The position numbers were made by a program, and so were the translations under genes. A stretch of DNA of 64,000 nt from Alphaproteobacteria bacterium (lineage in GTDB: Bacteria > Pseudomonadota > Alphaproteobacteria > JAVJVX01): the NCBI GenBank assembly GCA_040220875.1, contig JAVJVX010000003.1:21353-85352 (forward strand), read 5' to 3'. A model generated the notes under the pieces. It did no database searches. It was given only the letters and a program-made list of their open reading frames with translations, and was not told the origin of the DNA. Below, one piece after another: positions 10,001 through 19,779 of this stretch. Position 1 is the first letter of the stretch, and every line of letters starts with the position of its first letter.

Positions 10001-10288
10001 TGGCTCGTGAAAGACGGGCGTCAGTATCTCTCTTTCGTTGAGCCTCACGGATTGCAGCACGAAGGCCCCGGCCACAAGAAGATCGAATTCCATCGGGTGA
10101 TCAAGGATATCCAGGCTAGGCTGGCGAGCGAGAACGTCGTTTTGAATAGCTTTATCGTTACGCCAACCCGGTTCGGGAAACTGAACTGGGGCAAGTCCAT
10201 CGACGATCTGATGGATATGCATGTGTTCTTCATGGAGGATCAGAGGGACACCTACGTTCCTGAAATTCTGGAACGCATGCAGGCATAG
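7040..10288 (+). CDS. Res-like SF2 (DEAH) helicase with putative C-terminal PD-(D/E)xK-type nuclease
   Basis: GTG start is 3 nt after the methylase stop. Walker A is NATGSGKTLLMH (7564-7578), DEAH is LLLVDEAHRG (7883-7894), and motif VI-like is QLFGRGVRL. C-terminal FYPDFLLW...LSFVEPHG (9986-10048) resembles a restriction-endonuclease core. Confidence 0.8.
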   Translation: MAARKKIKPLPFSHKLVLNQWIVSLFGFDPIKDHKDGKRTLRPMQPLASVVKDAQEGMTSENLHHFYKALDINLQSSAKITRADLLRYEHNIVSHTLAINEKRDRPIVWKYYQWLSLLFAEIYLDRFFADREALLEALNAYVADFNTYWTDEGYETGITPYELDDLNKLCLQNATGSGKTLLMHVNFLQFRHYASSSRFKHDLTRTILITPNEGLSVQHAREMKGSDITAARLLTDSGDLLSSGKSGLRQVDYTEITKLGDTDGPNVIATRNLGDKNLLLVDEAHRGMGSQEERGWFRSRARLSEKGFVFEYSATLKEAVTAAKRPEIEASYAKTILFDYSYRYFYEDGYGKDYRIFNLPRTFSELEFAYLTACLMSFYQQLKLYEDNQGLYAPYNIEKPLWVFVGSSVTKATGTKAEKATVSDVGKILAFIARFLKSDAASSSEIDRILTGNAKKTGLLDESGGDIFAGGFIYLQQLMLREGWEATDLYRDILAKLFQNKAGGELSIARIRGDENEIMLRVGQADVPFGLINVGDASGLASHIAEQSFDNVVVHDSEFAETMFGQINLSSSPLNLLIGSKRFVEGWDCWRVSTLGLMHVGKSEGAQIIQLFGRGVRLKGYDWTLQRSGFATPTHQPDFIQYVETLNVFGIEADFMERFRKFLEEEELPRNDKKDIFRVPLNVTYEFGKRLKVLRPRKKRDDGREYDFKRDGAVPALGIMPEKIRQKGVEIDWYPRIQSLESKKGVKLGSKEETTFRDGHLAFLDYDDLFFRLEKFKRERTWHNFNITKQQLSELLADRTWYKLVVPSGKMDFSDFSNVSLWQEMAAELLQKFAEEYYNYCKAAFIEPRLELREIEPNDGSLPQEDEYQLIVDANELALIGDIQTLTKEIAARKTGILRAGDLKGCLFSAHLYEPVLHTAKGSKIQIAPVSLNESEFQFIDDLRICLEREQARLENEGIEIFLLRNKSRGRGIGFFEAGNFYPDFLLWLVKDGRQYLSFVEPHGLQHEGPGHKKIEFHRVIKDIQARLASENVVLNSFIVTPTRFGKLNWGKSIDDLMDMHVFFMEDQRDTYVPEILERMQA

Positions 10289-10331
10289 GTTTCGTTGGAA
10301 AACGAAAAACCCCCGCACGATGGCGGGGGTT
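10289..10331. terminator. Tandem hairpins between convergent genes (likely bidirectional terminator)
   Basis: First hairpin is GTTTCGTT-GGAA-AACGAAAA. Second is the perfect 9-bp stem AACCCCCGC-acgatg-GCGGGGGTT (10308-10331). Confidence 0.6.
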
Positions 10332-10353
10332 CCGAACGCGTCGTTGAATTGTC

Positions 10354-10647
10354 TCAAGCTGCGCTGCGGTCTTCCTTCGGCGTCACCCGCTGGCCTTCCA
10401 GCCAACGGTTGAACTCGGCCCTGTCGATGTAGACGCGGCCACCGACTTTGATCAGTGCCTGATCCAGGCCGTTTGTATCCGAATGGAAGATCCACCAGCG
10501 GAGCTTGCTCTCCGTTACGAACGGTGCCTCGGCAGCGAGCTGCCGGACCGTGCGTAACTGCTGGTAATCGACCAGTGGACTGTCCTTTGTCCTTGTCCAA
10601 AAAATAGCCAGAGACAATGCCCCCGAAGGGGCACTTAATAGATTCAA
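10354..10647 (-). CDS. AlpA/excisionase-like HTH protein (candidate recombination directionality factor); start uncertain
   Basis: C-terminal part FVTESKLRWWIFHSDTNGLDQALIKVGGRVYIDRAEFNRWLEGQ fits the excisionase HTH pattern. It lies downstream of int and the DUF4145-like ORF on the same strand. The TTG start at 10647 is only one option. Confidence 0.6.
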   Translation of the reverse strand: MNLLSAPSGALSLAIFWTRTKDSPLVDYQQLRTVRQLAAEAPFVTESKLRWWIFHSDTNGLDQALIKVGGRVYIDRAEFNRWLEGQRVTPKEDRSAA

Positions 10648-10712
10648 TTAAAGCCCTCAAAACTCAATAGGAAAATCTCAGAAAAATAGAGTTTTCAAAC
10701 TAAATCAGTAGT

Positions 10713-11249
10713 TTACCTCTCCACCCCGTAGAGTTCACTGATCAATTCGGTGGCTAAGGCCACGCCGCTGACGGCCATTGTAGGGTCGTAGATGCTCTGG
10801 CGGTCCGCATGGCTCGCCTGGTTTCTCAACTGTCGCGCGGCAGACCATTGTTCGAAGCGCGCGGTCGACATTATGCCCTGATCACGGAGCCATTTCAGAG
10901 CGTCGGCGTATTGCTTTAATCGGTTGGGCGCGCCTGATGATGCGCATTTGTGCATCACCGCCGCCTCAAGCACGCGATACAGCTGCTCGCTTCCGAGCGT
11001 GTAGAGTGGATAGAAGAAGCACCCGTAGCAGAGGACGCCCTGGGCGACTTCGAACATATTGCGGATGTCTTCCGGTACAGACGGTTCGAGCTCATGCTCC
11101 AGGATCAGCGCCGTCCAATCTTCCTTTGTGATCCCGTGGGTTGTCCCGTCCGCTGCGACCCGGACGATGTGGCGTGCGGTTTCATCGGGCGTTAGCCAGT
11201 TATCCGTGGTGAGCTTCTTGAACAGCCGCCTGTCGGTTTCACTCGTCAT
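10713..11249 (-). CDS. Hypothetical protein, possibly DUF4145-like
   Basis: 178-aa ORF whose ATG overlaps the integrase stop (ATGA at 11246-11249). AARQLRNQASHAD resembles the R-N-x-x-x-H signature I associate with DUF4145 (memory, unverified). Confidence 0.5.
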   Translation of the reverse strand: MTSETDRRLFKKLTTDNWLTPDETARHIVRVAADGTTHGITKEDWTALILEHELEPSVPEDIRNMFEVAQGVLCYGCFFYPLYTLGSEQLYRVLEAAVMHKCASSGAPNRLKQYADALKWLRDQGIMSTARFEQWSAARQLRNQASHADRQSIYDPTMAVSGVALATELISELYGVER

Positions 11250-12361
11250 GAAAACAGCTTGTCGTTCATCAGCTCGACCACGTCCTTGGTGTGGTCCTCG
11301 GAGAGGTGTGAATAGCGTTTCACCATTTGAAGCGTTCGGTGCCCAAGGACCTGGGCAATCTCCAATTCGGACGCGCCATTCATCGCGAGGTAGCTGGCCG
11401 TACTGTGCCGCAGGTCATGAAAACGGAAATCCTCTATCCCGGCCGCTTCACGGGCATTTTCCCAAGATTTCCGAAAATCCATTGGAGCCTGGCCATCTTT
11501 TCGCGGGAATACCCATTGCTTGGCCGGAGGGGTTTTTGCATCGGCGTATCGCGTCTTGACGTCTTTGATATGCGTCTTAAGGAGCTCGGCCAGGTGTGAG
11601 ACCACCGGCACCGCTCGCGTATCCTTATTCTTCGTGTCTCGGAGTACAGCGTACCCGCGTTTCAGGTCAATATCATCAATGGTTAGCTTTAGAATTTCAC
11701 CCTTCCGGGCGCCCGTCGATATCGCGAACACAACGATCGGGTAAAGAAGCTTGTTGGCGCTAGCCTTGCATGCCTTTAGCAGATCGGCGCGTTCTTCGTC
11801 GCTGAGATAGCGAACACGCTCGTTTCGAATGTTGATAATGCGGTTGACGCCCTCAACGGGATTGCTCCCGATCAACCGCCAGCGCTTGGCGTGTTTGAAA
11901 AGCAGCTCCAGGGTGTCCCGGTAGAGTTTGATCGTTTTGCGGCTCTTGGGCTTTGGCGGCTTTTCTCCATCTTTGAGTTGAATGCGGCTATCGCCTTCAC
12001 CGGCCAGCTTTCGCAGGCGCTCTGAGATATGCTCGGGTTTGACGAAGGAGAGGGCGTGCTTGCCGAGCTCCGCTTTCCAGAACTTTAGGTAGGTTTCTTC
12101 CACCCGCTGTGTCGACAGGGATTTCTCGGGCAACACCTCCGCCCGATAGCGGTCGATTACGTCCTTGACGGTTGTTCCCCGCGCGGCAGAGACGACGTTT
12201 TCAAACTGCCCGCTCTTGATGTCCTCTTCGGTCTTGTGAGCCCACCGGCGAGCGTCGGTGAGTCTCTTGAACGACCGGCGCTGAATTGGAAATCCGTTAA
12301 CGCGCACTACGGCTCTATAGACTGTGCCTTTCTTGCGTTCCCTTTTCTCAATCGTCGCCAC
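11246..12361 (-). CDS. int: Tyrosine recombinase / phage-type integrase
   Basis: GTG start. C-terminal catalytic region is FRFHDLRHSTASYLAMNGASELEIAQVLGHRTLQMVKRYSHL (R..H-x-x-R..Y). N-terminal SAM-like arm is TVYRAVVRVNGFPIQRRSFK. Confidence 0.95.
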   Translation of the reverse strand: MATIEKRERKKGTVYRAVVRVNGFPIQRRSFKRLTDARRWAHKTEEDIKSGQFENVVSAARGTTVKDVIDRYRAEVLPEKSLSTQRVEETYLKFWKAELGKHALSFVKPEHISERLRKLAGEGDSRIQLKDGEKPPKPKSRKTIKLYRDTLELLFKHAKRWRLIGSNPVEGVNRIINIRNERVRYLSDEERADLLKACKASANKLLYPIVVFAISTGARKGEILKLTIDDIDLKRGYAVLRDTKNKDTRAVPVVSHLAELLKTHIKDVKTRYADAKTPPAKQWVFPRKDGQAPMDFRKSWENAREAAGIEDFRFHDLRHSTASYLAMNGASELEIAQVLGHRTLQMVKRYSHLSEDHTKDVVELMNDKLFS

Positions 12362-12404
12362 CTTTCCAACCCTTTCAACTCGTTAAAAACCTGAAGTGCC
12401 CACT

Positions 12405-12433
12405 TTGGGGACGTTTTGGGGACACTTGGGGAC
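12405..12433 (+). repeat. Three phased direct repeats TTGGGGAC (candidate arm-type integrase/RDF binding sites or int operator)
   Basis: TTGGGGAC occurs at 12405-12412, 12416-12423 and 12426-12433, a 10-11 bp period. The sites lie 44-72 nt upstream of the int start. Confidence 0.5.
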
Positions 12434-12539
12434 AAAAAAATATGGATATTCCCAACAATTGCCAACAACCAATATGTCGACAAACCATTGAAAAATATGC
12501 AAGAAAATATTGACGCTTGTTGACGTTTTTAGAGATACG

Positions 12540-12590
<51 letters not shown>

Positions 12591-12597
12591 ATAAATC

Positions 12598-12631
12598 AAC
12601 GGGTTAAGCGAAAGCTTAGCCCGTTTTTTTA
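12598..12631 (+). terminator. Rho-independent terminator of the (disrupted) tRNA-fMet gene
   Basis: AACGGGTTAAGC-GAAA-GCTTAGCCCGTT forms a 12-bp stem with one G:U pair. It is followed by a T run. Confidence 0.75.
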
Positions 12632-13005
12632 TGTATTTTACACTCACACAGTCCTTACACATAATCAGGCGCCATTAATCCGGAGGTGCCCTGTTCGTGC
12701 AGAATGTCCTTGCCACCTATGTTGAACGTGACCTGGGCGGCAAGCTTGTTGCGGTTGGTAACAAGCACGGGGGAGGGGACAGCGGTTAAAATTCCATGTG
12801 ATGAAATGAACGGTCCGCCAATGCTATGCTGTCGGCGTTTGCAGCCCGTGTGGCTTTCATCAGGACTGGATTCGGTACTCACCTGGCGAATGGCGGGTCG
12901 TGCCGATTGCTGATCGCGTGCTCGGTATCCGCCAGCGTGGATAGTTTCCTGACCGTGCATTCGGCCCTGATGTCCAAACTTTGGTAGCAGCCGAGGGTTG
13001 ACACA

Positions 13006-13977
13006 ATGCAAATATCTTTTCTTAAAGGCCGGCACAGTCTGATTCCCATAGCCCTAGTATGCGTACTGATAGTCGCCGGTTCCATAGTCGTCGGCTCTCA
13101 ATGGGTCTGGATTGCTAACGCATCTGCTCCCATAACCGAGTGCGACAGGCTTGCGGCACACCCTCTCGACAAGCATGCCGTTTCTCCAGGCATCAATACG
13201 GACAATCTCGATGCGAGCAAAGCCGTTGTCGCGTGTCGGGTGGCCGTCAAAGAATTCCCGGACGAACGTCGTTTCAAATACCAGTTGGCGCGTGCGTTGG
13301 CGAAAGACCGGACAACCGCTAAAGAGTCATTTTCTATTCTGCTCAATCTTGATCCGACGAACTATCCCGCGGCCGCCACCACTCTTGGCTACCTGTATGC
13401 CGATGGCCTTGGCGTGGAGAAAAATAATACTGAGGCCGTCAAATGGTACCGCAAGGCAGCCGAGCAGGGTTATGCCGGCGCGCAGGCCAACCTTGGAGTC
13501 ATGTACGAGAATGGCCGCGGCGTGAAGAAGAGTAGCACTGACGCTGTGACGTGGTTCCGAAAAGCCGCAGAGAAAGGCGATGCCAGGGCACAAAATAATT
13601 TGGCTATTCAGTATATCAATGGCCAAGGTGTTGAAAGGAATTTAGCGGAGGCCCTGAAGTGGATGCGTATGTCTGCTGATCAGGGATACAAAGAAGCTCA
13701 AACAAATTTGGTAAAGATGAGGAGCGCCGCCTCTTCACAAGGCTCTCTTCCCTCTATTCGCCGGCTCGAAGACATCTTGAACATGGATTCGGACGACGCC
13801 CTCGTTACAGCCGGTGGAATTATTGCTGCATTTGTCGGGTTAGCTTTTGCTATTGATGCGGCTGACGGAAAGATCCACGACGAAGAAGATTCTAGCGGCT
13901 ACAGTGGAAGCTACGAGGATTTCAAGAGTAAGCTAGAATTCCAAGAATGCATGACGCGTGGCACATCTTGCTGGTGA
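13006..13977 (+). CDS. Sel1-repeat (SLR/TPR-like) protein with N-terminal membrane anchor and a second hydrophobic segment near the C-terminus
   Basis: It has repeated A..WYRKAAEQGYAGAQANLGVMYENGRGV-type units, about five in total. GC is lower than in the neighbouring chromosome. Confidence 0.85.
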   Translation: MQISFLKGRHSLIPIALVCVLIVAGSIVVGSQWVWIANASAPITECDRLAAHPLDKHAVSPGINTDNLDASKAVVACRVAVKEFPDERRFKYQLARALAKDRTTAKESFSILLNLDPTNYPAAATTLGYLYADGLGVEKNNTEAVKWYRKAAEQGYAGAQANLGVMYENGRGVKKSSTDAVTWFRKAAEKGDARAQNNLAIQYINGQGVERNLAEALKWMRMSADQGYKEAQTNLVKMRSAASSQGSLPSIRRLEDILNMDSDDALVTAGGIIAAFVGLAFAIDAADGKIHDEEDSSGYSGSYEDFKSKLEFQECMTRGTSCW

Positions 13978-14084
13978 ACCGCCCCAGGATTGCCCGGGGC
14001 TTCATCTTCTGAGAAGAAGGAACCATTGCCTTTTGAACGGGAGCCGCCGCCGTGTCCTCACACCGCCATTTCCTTCTTACGGCC

Positions 14085-14567
14085 TCACGCCGTCTCTTCC
14101 AGGCTGGCGATCAGCGCGCCCAGATCGTCGGTCAGGCGGGTTTCCCAGCCGGGGGCGAGGCGGGCGTCCAGGGTGTCGTCCAATTCCGCCAGAATGGCGC
14201 GGGCATCTGACATCACCCGCTCGCCCGCCGCCGTGAACAGGATGATCTTGCGGTTGCGCCGGTCCGGATCGGGACGCTGCGCCAGCCAGCCCTTGCCCGC
14301 CAGATCCGTGACCGTCTTGGCCACCATCTGGCGCGATACGCCGAGCCGGCGGGCCACGTCCGAGGCGTGATTGACGCCGCAATCAAGCTGGCCGAGGAAC
14401 TCCAGCGCCGGCAGGGTCAGCGCGCCATGGCCCCGCGCCCGCAGCCGGTCCACCAGCCAGGCCAGCAGTGCCGCCCGCCCCCGGCCGAGCAGCAGGGCCA
14501 GGCCCAGGCTGCGGCTTTCCGCCATGGGGAGATCGGTCTGCCGATTTGTTGACAATCTGGTTGACAA
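14085..14567 (-). CDS. MarR-family transcriptional regulator (start may be the internal Met at 14525)
   Basis: Winged-helix region is ASDVARRLGVSRQMVAKTVTDLAGKGWLAQRPDPDRRNRKIILFTAAGE. Confidence 0.85.
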   Translation of the reverse strand: MSTRLSTNRQTDLPMAESRSLGLALLLGRGRAALLAWLVDRLRARGHGALTLPALEFLGQLDCGVNHASDVARRLGVSRQMVAKTVTDLAGKGWLAQRPDPDRRNRKIILFTAAGERVMSDARAILAELDDTLDARLAPGWETRLTDDLGALIASLEETA

Positions 14568-14613
14568 GAACCCGTGCGCTTTCTACCGTCTTTATTGTCA
14601 ATGAGGTTGACAA
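14549..14613. promoter_or_regulatory. Candidate MarR operator / divergent promoter region
   Basis: TTGACAA occurs at 14549, 14561 and 14607. The inverted repeat TTGTCAA-tgagg-TTGACAA spans 14595-14613, between the MarR gene and the divergent membrane-protein gene. Confidence 0.4.
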
Positions 14614-14628
14614 AAAGGACGATACGCC

Positions 14629-15015
14629 ATGCCCTCCCTGAAGACAATCCTCCGCCTCAACGCCGCAAGCTGCCTCGGTTTCGGCGCGGTTTTCCTGACT
14701 CTGCCCGGGTCCGTCGCGGCATTTCTGGGCGCGCCGCCGGCCCCCGCCTGGCTGCTCGCCGCGCTCGGCGCCGCGCTGATCGTGAACGGTGCGCATCTTA
14801 TTCTGGCCAGCCGCCAGGCGCTGCCGCCCAAGGCCCTCATCCTCTATTTCAGCGCCGGCGATTTCGCCTGGGTGCTCGCTACCCTCGGCCTGATCGCCAG
14901 CGCCACCTGGATCACCCGGCCCGAAGGGCTGATCGCCGCCCTCCTGGTCGCCGCCTTCGTCGGCTGGGCCGGTGTCAGCCAACTCTTCGCCCGCAAGGCG
15001 CTCGGCCATTGCTGA
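14629..15015 (+). CDS. Small hydrophobic membrane protein, function unknown
   Basis: 128-aa ORF with about 4 hydrophobic segments. It is divergent from the MarR gene. Confidence 0.6.
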   Translation: MPSLKTILRLNAASCLGFGAVFLTLPGSVAAFLGAPPAPAWLLAALGAALIVNGAHLILASRQALPPKALILYFSAGDFAWVLATLGLIASATWITRPEGLIAALLVAAFVGWAGVSQLFARKALGHC

Positions 15016-15098
15016 CATCGCCAGGCCTGACGCTTTCGTGACTGGTGTTCCGGAACGATCATTCATAAACTGACCGCCCCCTCACCGAACAGGAAAAG

Positions 15099-15509
15099 GT
15101 GCTTCCCATGACTTGGCTTCGCTCGCTGGTCCTTGCGATCAGCCTCGCTATCGGGCTCGGTTCGGCGTCGGCTTCCGCCTCGGCGCGCTGGGTCGATTAT
15201 TCGCCGGAAAATTTCGCCCGCGCGCAGGAAACCGGGCAGACCATGCTCGTCGACGTGACGGCCAAATGGTGCACGACCTGCAAGGCCCAGCATCCCATCC
15301 TCGAGGAGCTCGCCGGTGACGAGCGGCTCAAGGATGTCATGTTCGTCCGCGTGGATTTCGATACCCACAAGGACTTTCTCCAGGAGCATCAGATTCCACG
15401 CCAATCGACGATCCTCGTGTTCGACGGCAAGGCGGAGATCGATCGCTCCGTCGCGGAGACGAACCGGGACCGGCTGCGGCAGTTCGTGTTCGCCGCGGTG
15501 GAAAAATGA
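15099..15509 (+). CDS. Secreted thioredoxin-fold protein
   Basis: It has a signal-peptide-like N-terminus and the CxxC motif WCTTCK. Confidence 0.8.
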   Translation: MLPMTWLRSLVLAISLAIGLGSASASASARWVDYSPENFARAQETGQTMLVDVTAKWCTTCKAQHPILEELAGDERLKDVMFVRVDFDTHKDFLQEHQIPRQSTILVFDGKAEIDRSVAETNRDRLRQFVFAAVEK

Positions 15510-15552
15510 CCCGTCCGGGCCAACGCCGCTGACACCGGGCATGAGGTGACGG

Positions 15553-16269
15553 ATGAGTAGTGCCGCCCTCGCATTTCTGGCCGGGCTGGTCACGATACTC
15601 AATCCCTGCGTGCTGCCGATCCTGCCGGTCCTGGTCGGATCGGCCGCGAGCGAGAGCCGGTTCGGCCCGGCGGCGCTGGCGGCCGGGCTGGTACTCTCGT
15701 TTTCCACCTTCGGCCTTCTCATTATCGCCTTCGGATTTTCCATCGGCCTCGATGGCGAGCTCGTCCGGAACGGCGCCGCCTTCCTCCTGATCGCCGCCGG
15801 CGCGCTGCTTCTCGTGCCTCGGGCGCAGGCGGCCTTCGCGAGCGCGACGGGGCCGCTCGTCAGTGGTGGCAACCGGTTGCTGGGCCGCGTCTCGGGCGAC
15901 GGCATGGCCGGGCAGTTCGCCATTGGCGCGCTGCTCGGGATCGTCTGGGCGCCCTGCGTCGGGCCGACCCTGGGCGTCGCCATCGCCGCCGCCAGCCGGG
16001 GCGAAAACCTCATCGGCGCGTTCTTCATCTTTCTCGTCTTCGGCTTCGGCGTGGCGGCGTCCATCCTCGCCTTCGCCTACGGCTCGCGCAAGGCGCTGGC
16101 CGCCAGGAAGGACCGGCTTCAGGCGGTGGCACGCTACGGCAAACCGCTTTTCGGCGGCGCGCTGGTGCTGGTGGGGGCAATGATCCTGACCCGGCTGGAC
16201 AAGGCGGTCGAGGCCTGGATGCTGGAGGCGATGCCCCGCTGGCTGGTCGAGCTCACGACGCGCTTCTGA
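15553..16269 (+). CDS. ccdA: Cytochrome c biogenesis CcdA/DsbD-type thiol-disulfide transporter
   Basis: It has conserved membrane Cys motifs ILNPCVLPILPV and VWAPCVGPTLG, and about 6 TM segments. Confidence 0.85.
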   Translation: MSSAALAFLAGLVTILNPCVLPILPVLVGSAASESRFGPAALAAGLVLSFSTFGLLIIAFGFSIGLDGELVRNGAAFLLIAAGALLLVPRAQAAFASATGPLVSGGNRLLGRVSGDGMAGQFAIGALLGIVWAPCVGPTLGVAIAAASRGENLIGAFFIFLVFGFGVAASILAFAYGSRKALAARKDRLQAVARYGKPLFGGALVLVGAMILTRLDKAVEAWMLEAMPRWLVELTTRF

Positions 16270-16292
16270 GGGGACGCCGCGGACAAAAATAC

Positions 16293-16321
16293 GGCGGGAG
16301 GGACGTTTCGTCCCTCCCGCC
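16293..16321. terminator. Bidirectional terminator hairpin between ccdA and katG
   Basis: Perfect 12-bp stem GGCGGGAGGGAC-gtttc-GTCCCTCCCGCC. Confidence 0.7.
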
Positions 16322-16348
16322 GGAAACCGCTCAAGGTCCCCGCCCGCG

Positions 16349-18595
<2,247 letters not shown>

Positions 18596-18657
18596 TTATA
18601 GTCCACAAAAACTTTGGGGTAGGCCGGAAAAAATCCGACCGCCAATCGGGGGGTATC

Positions 18658-19779
18658 TCAGGCCCTGTCGCGAAGGATCGGAGGCCGGTCGAGGGTGGCG
18701 CTCTTGATCAGGGCGAAGACAGGCCGGCCGGGCGCAAGCCTCAGCTCCTCGACGGCTTCGCGGGTCACCCCGGCGCGCAGCCGGCCGCCGCCGATATCGA
18801 CCAGGATTTCGGCAAAGGCCGCCCCCGTGTCTGCGCGAATTTCGACGATCCGGCCCTCGAGGATATTGCGGATACTGAGTCCGGCGGGGCGTTCGATCGC
18901 AAGCGCGACGTCACGCGCGCGCACCCGCAGGCGAACCGTATCACCCGGCGCGGCGTTGCAGTCGGGGATGGTGATCTGCTGCCCATGATGGTCCAGGCGG
19001 GTGATCCGGTACCTCTCGTCCAGACTCACAACGCGCGCCGTCAGCACCACGCTGGCCTCAGACTCATCTTCAAGCAGGCTGGACTCGGGCCGCTCGAGGA
19101 TTTCGCCGACAGGTCCCTCCGCCAACTTCCGGCCATCGGAAAGGATCACAACGTTATCGGCAAGACGGGCGACTTCCCCGATATCGTGGCTGACATAAAG
19201 GGCGGGGATCGCAAGTTCGCGGTGGATCTTTTCCAGATAGACGATGATTTCTTTCCTGGCCGGCTGATCGAGCGCGGAAAGGGGCTCGTCCAGCAATAGC
19301 AGCTTCGGGCCCGTGAGGAGCGCGCGCGCGATGGCGACCCGTTGACGCTCGCCGCCTGAAAGGGTGCCGGGGGCGCGTGCCAGCAGGGGGCCGCAGCCGA
19401 GGAGCTCGATCACATCGTCAAGCCCGGGCGCGCCGGGCCCGCCGCGTCGGGCTGCCCGCTTCAAGCCGTAGACCAGGTTGTCGCGCACGGACAGATGGGG
19501 GAACAGGCTCGCTTCCTGAAAAACATAACCGACGGCCCGGCGATGCGGTTGGAGAAACCGGCCCGTCACGTCGTCCTGCCATACCTCGTCACCGATCCGG
19601 ACCCGGCCGGACATTCGGTCCAGCCCCGCGAGGCACCGGAGCACCGTCGTCTTGCCCGCGCCCGACGGCCCAAACAGAGCCGTCACGCCGCTTCCCGGCA
19701 ACCGGACTTCGAGATCGAGCGAGAATTCCCCGAGCCGTCCCCGGAAGGCAGCCTCGATCATGGCCGACGGGCGCGTCAC
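18658..19779 (-). CDS. modC: Molybdate ABC transporter ATP-binding protein
   Basis: Walker A is GPSGAGKTT and the signature is [15 protein letters not shown]. It has a C-terminal TOBE/Mop-like domain and overlaps modB by 4 nt. Confidence 0.9.
   Translation of the reverse strand: MTRPSAMIEAAFRGRLGEFSLDLEVRLPGSGVTALFGPSGAGKTTVLRCLAGLDRMSGRVRIGDEVWQDDVTGRFLQPHRRAVGYVFQEASLFPHLSVRDNLVYGLKRAARRGGPGAPGLDDVIELLGCGPLLARAPGTLSGGERQRVAIARALLTGPKLLLLDEPLSALDQPARKEIIVYLEKIHRELAIPALYVSHDIGEVARLADNVVILSDGRKLAEGPVGEILERPESSLLEDESEASVVLTARVVSLDERYRITRLDHHGQQITIPDCNAAPGDTVRLRVRARDVALAIERPAGLSIRNILEGRIVEIRADTGAAFAEILVDIGGGRLRAGVTREAVEELRLAPGRPVFALIKSATLDRPPILRDRA

Noticed and set aside
904-10288. Calling the helicase-methylase-helicase cluster a DISARM system or a plain Type III R-M system.
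   Set aside because: No DUF1998 (DrmB)-like or PLD (DrmC)-like ORF is present anywhere in the island part of the window. The extra SNF2 gene and the 1083-aa Mod do not fit a canonical Type III pair. It is kept as an unassigned candidate instead.
12655-13035. 126-aa minus-strand ORF between the tRNA terminator and the Sel1 gene.
   Set aside because: It has no recognisable motif and overlaps the Sel1 start. Its composition suggests a non-coding region or a gene remnant. At most its C-terminal ~40 codons (..PVLVTNRNKLAAQVTFNIGGKDILHEQ) might be a fragment of a decayed gene.
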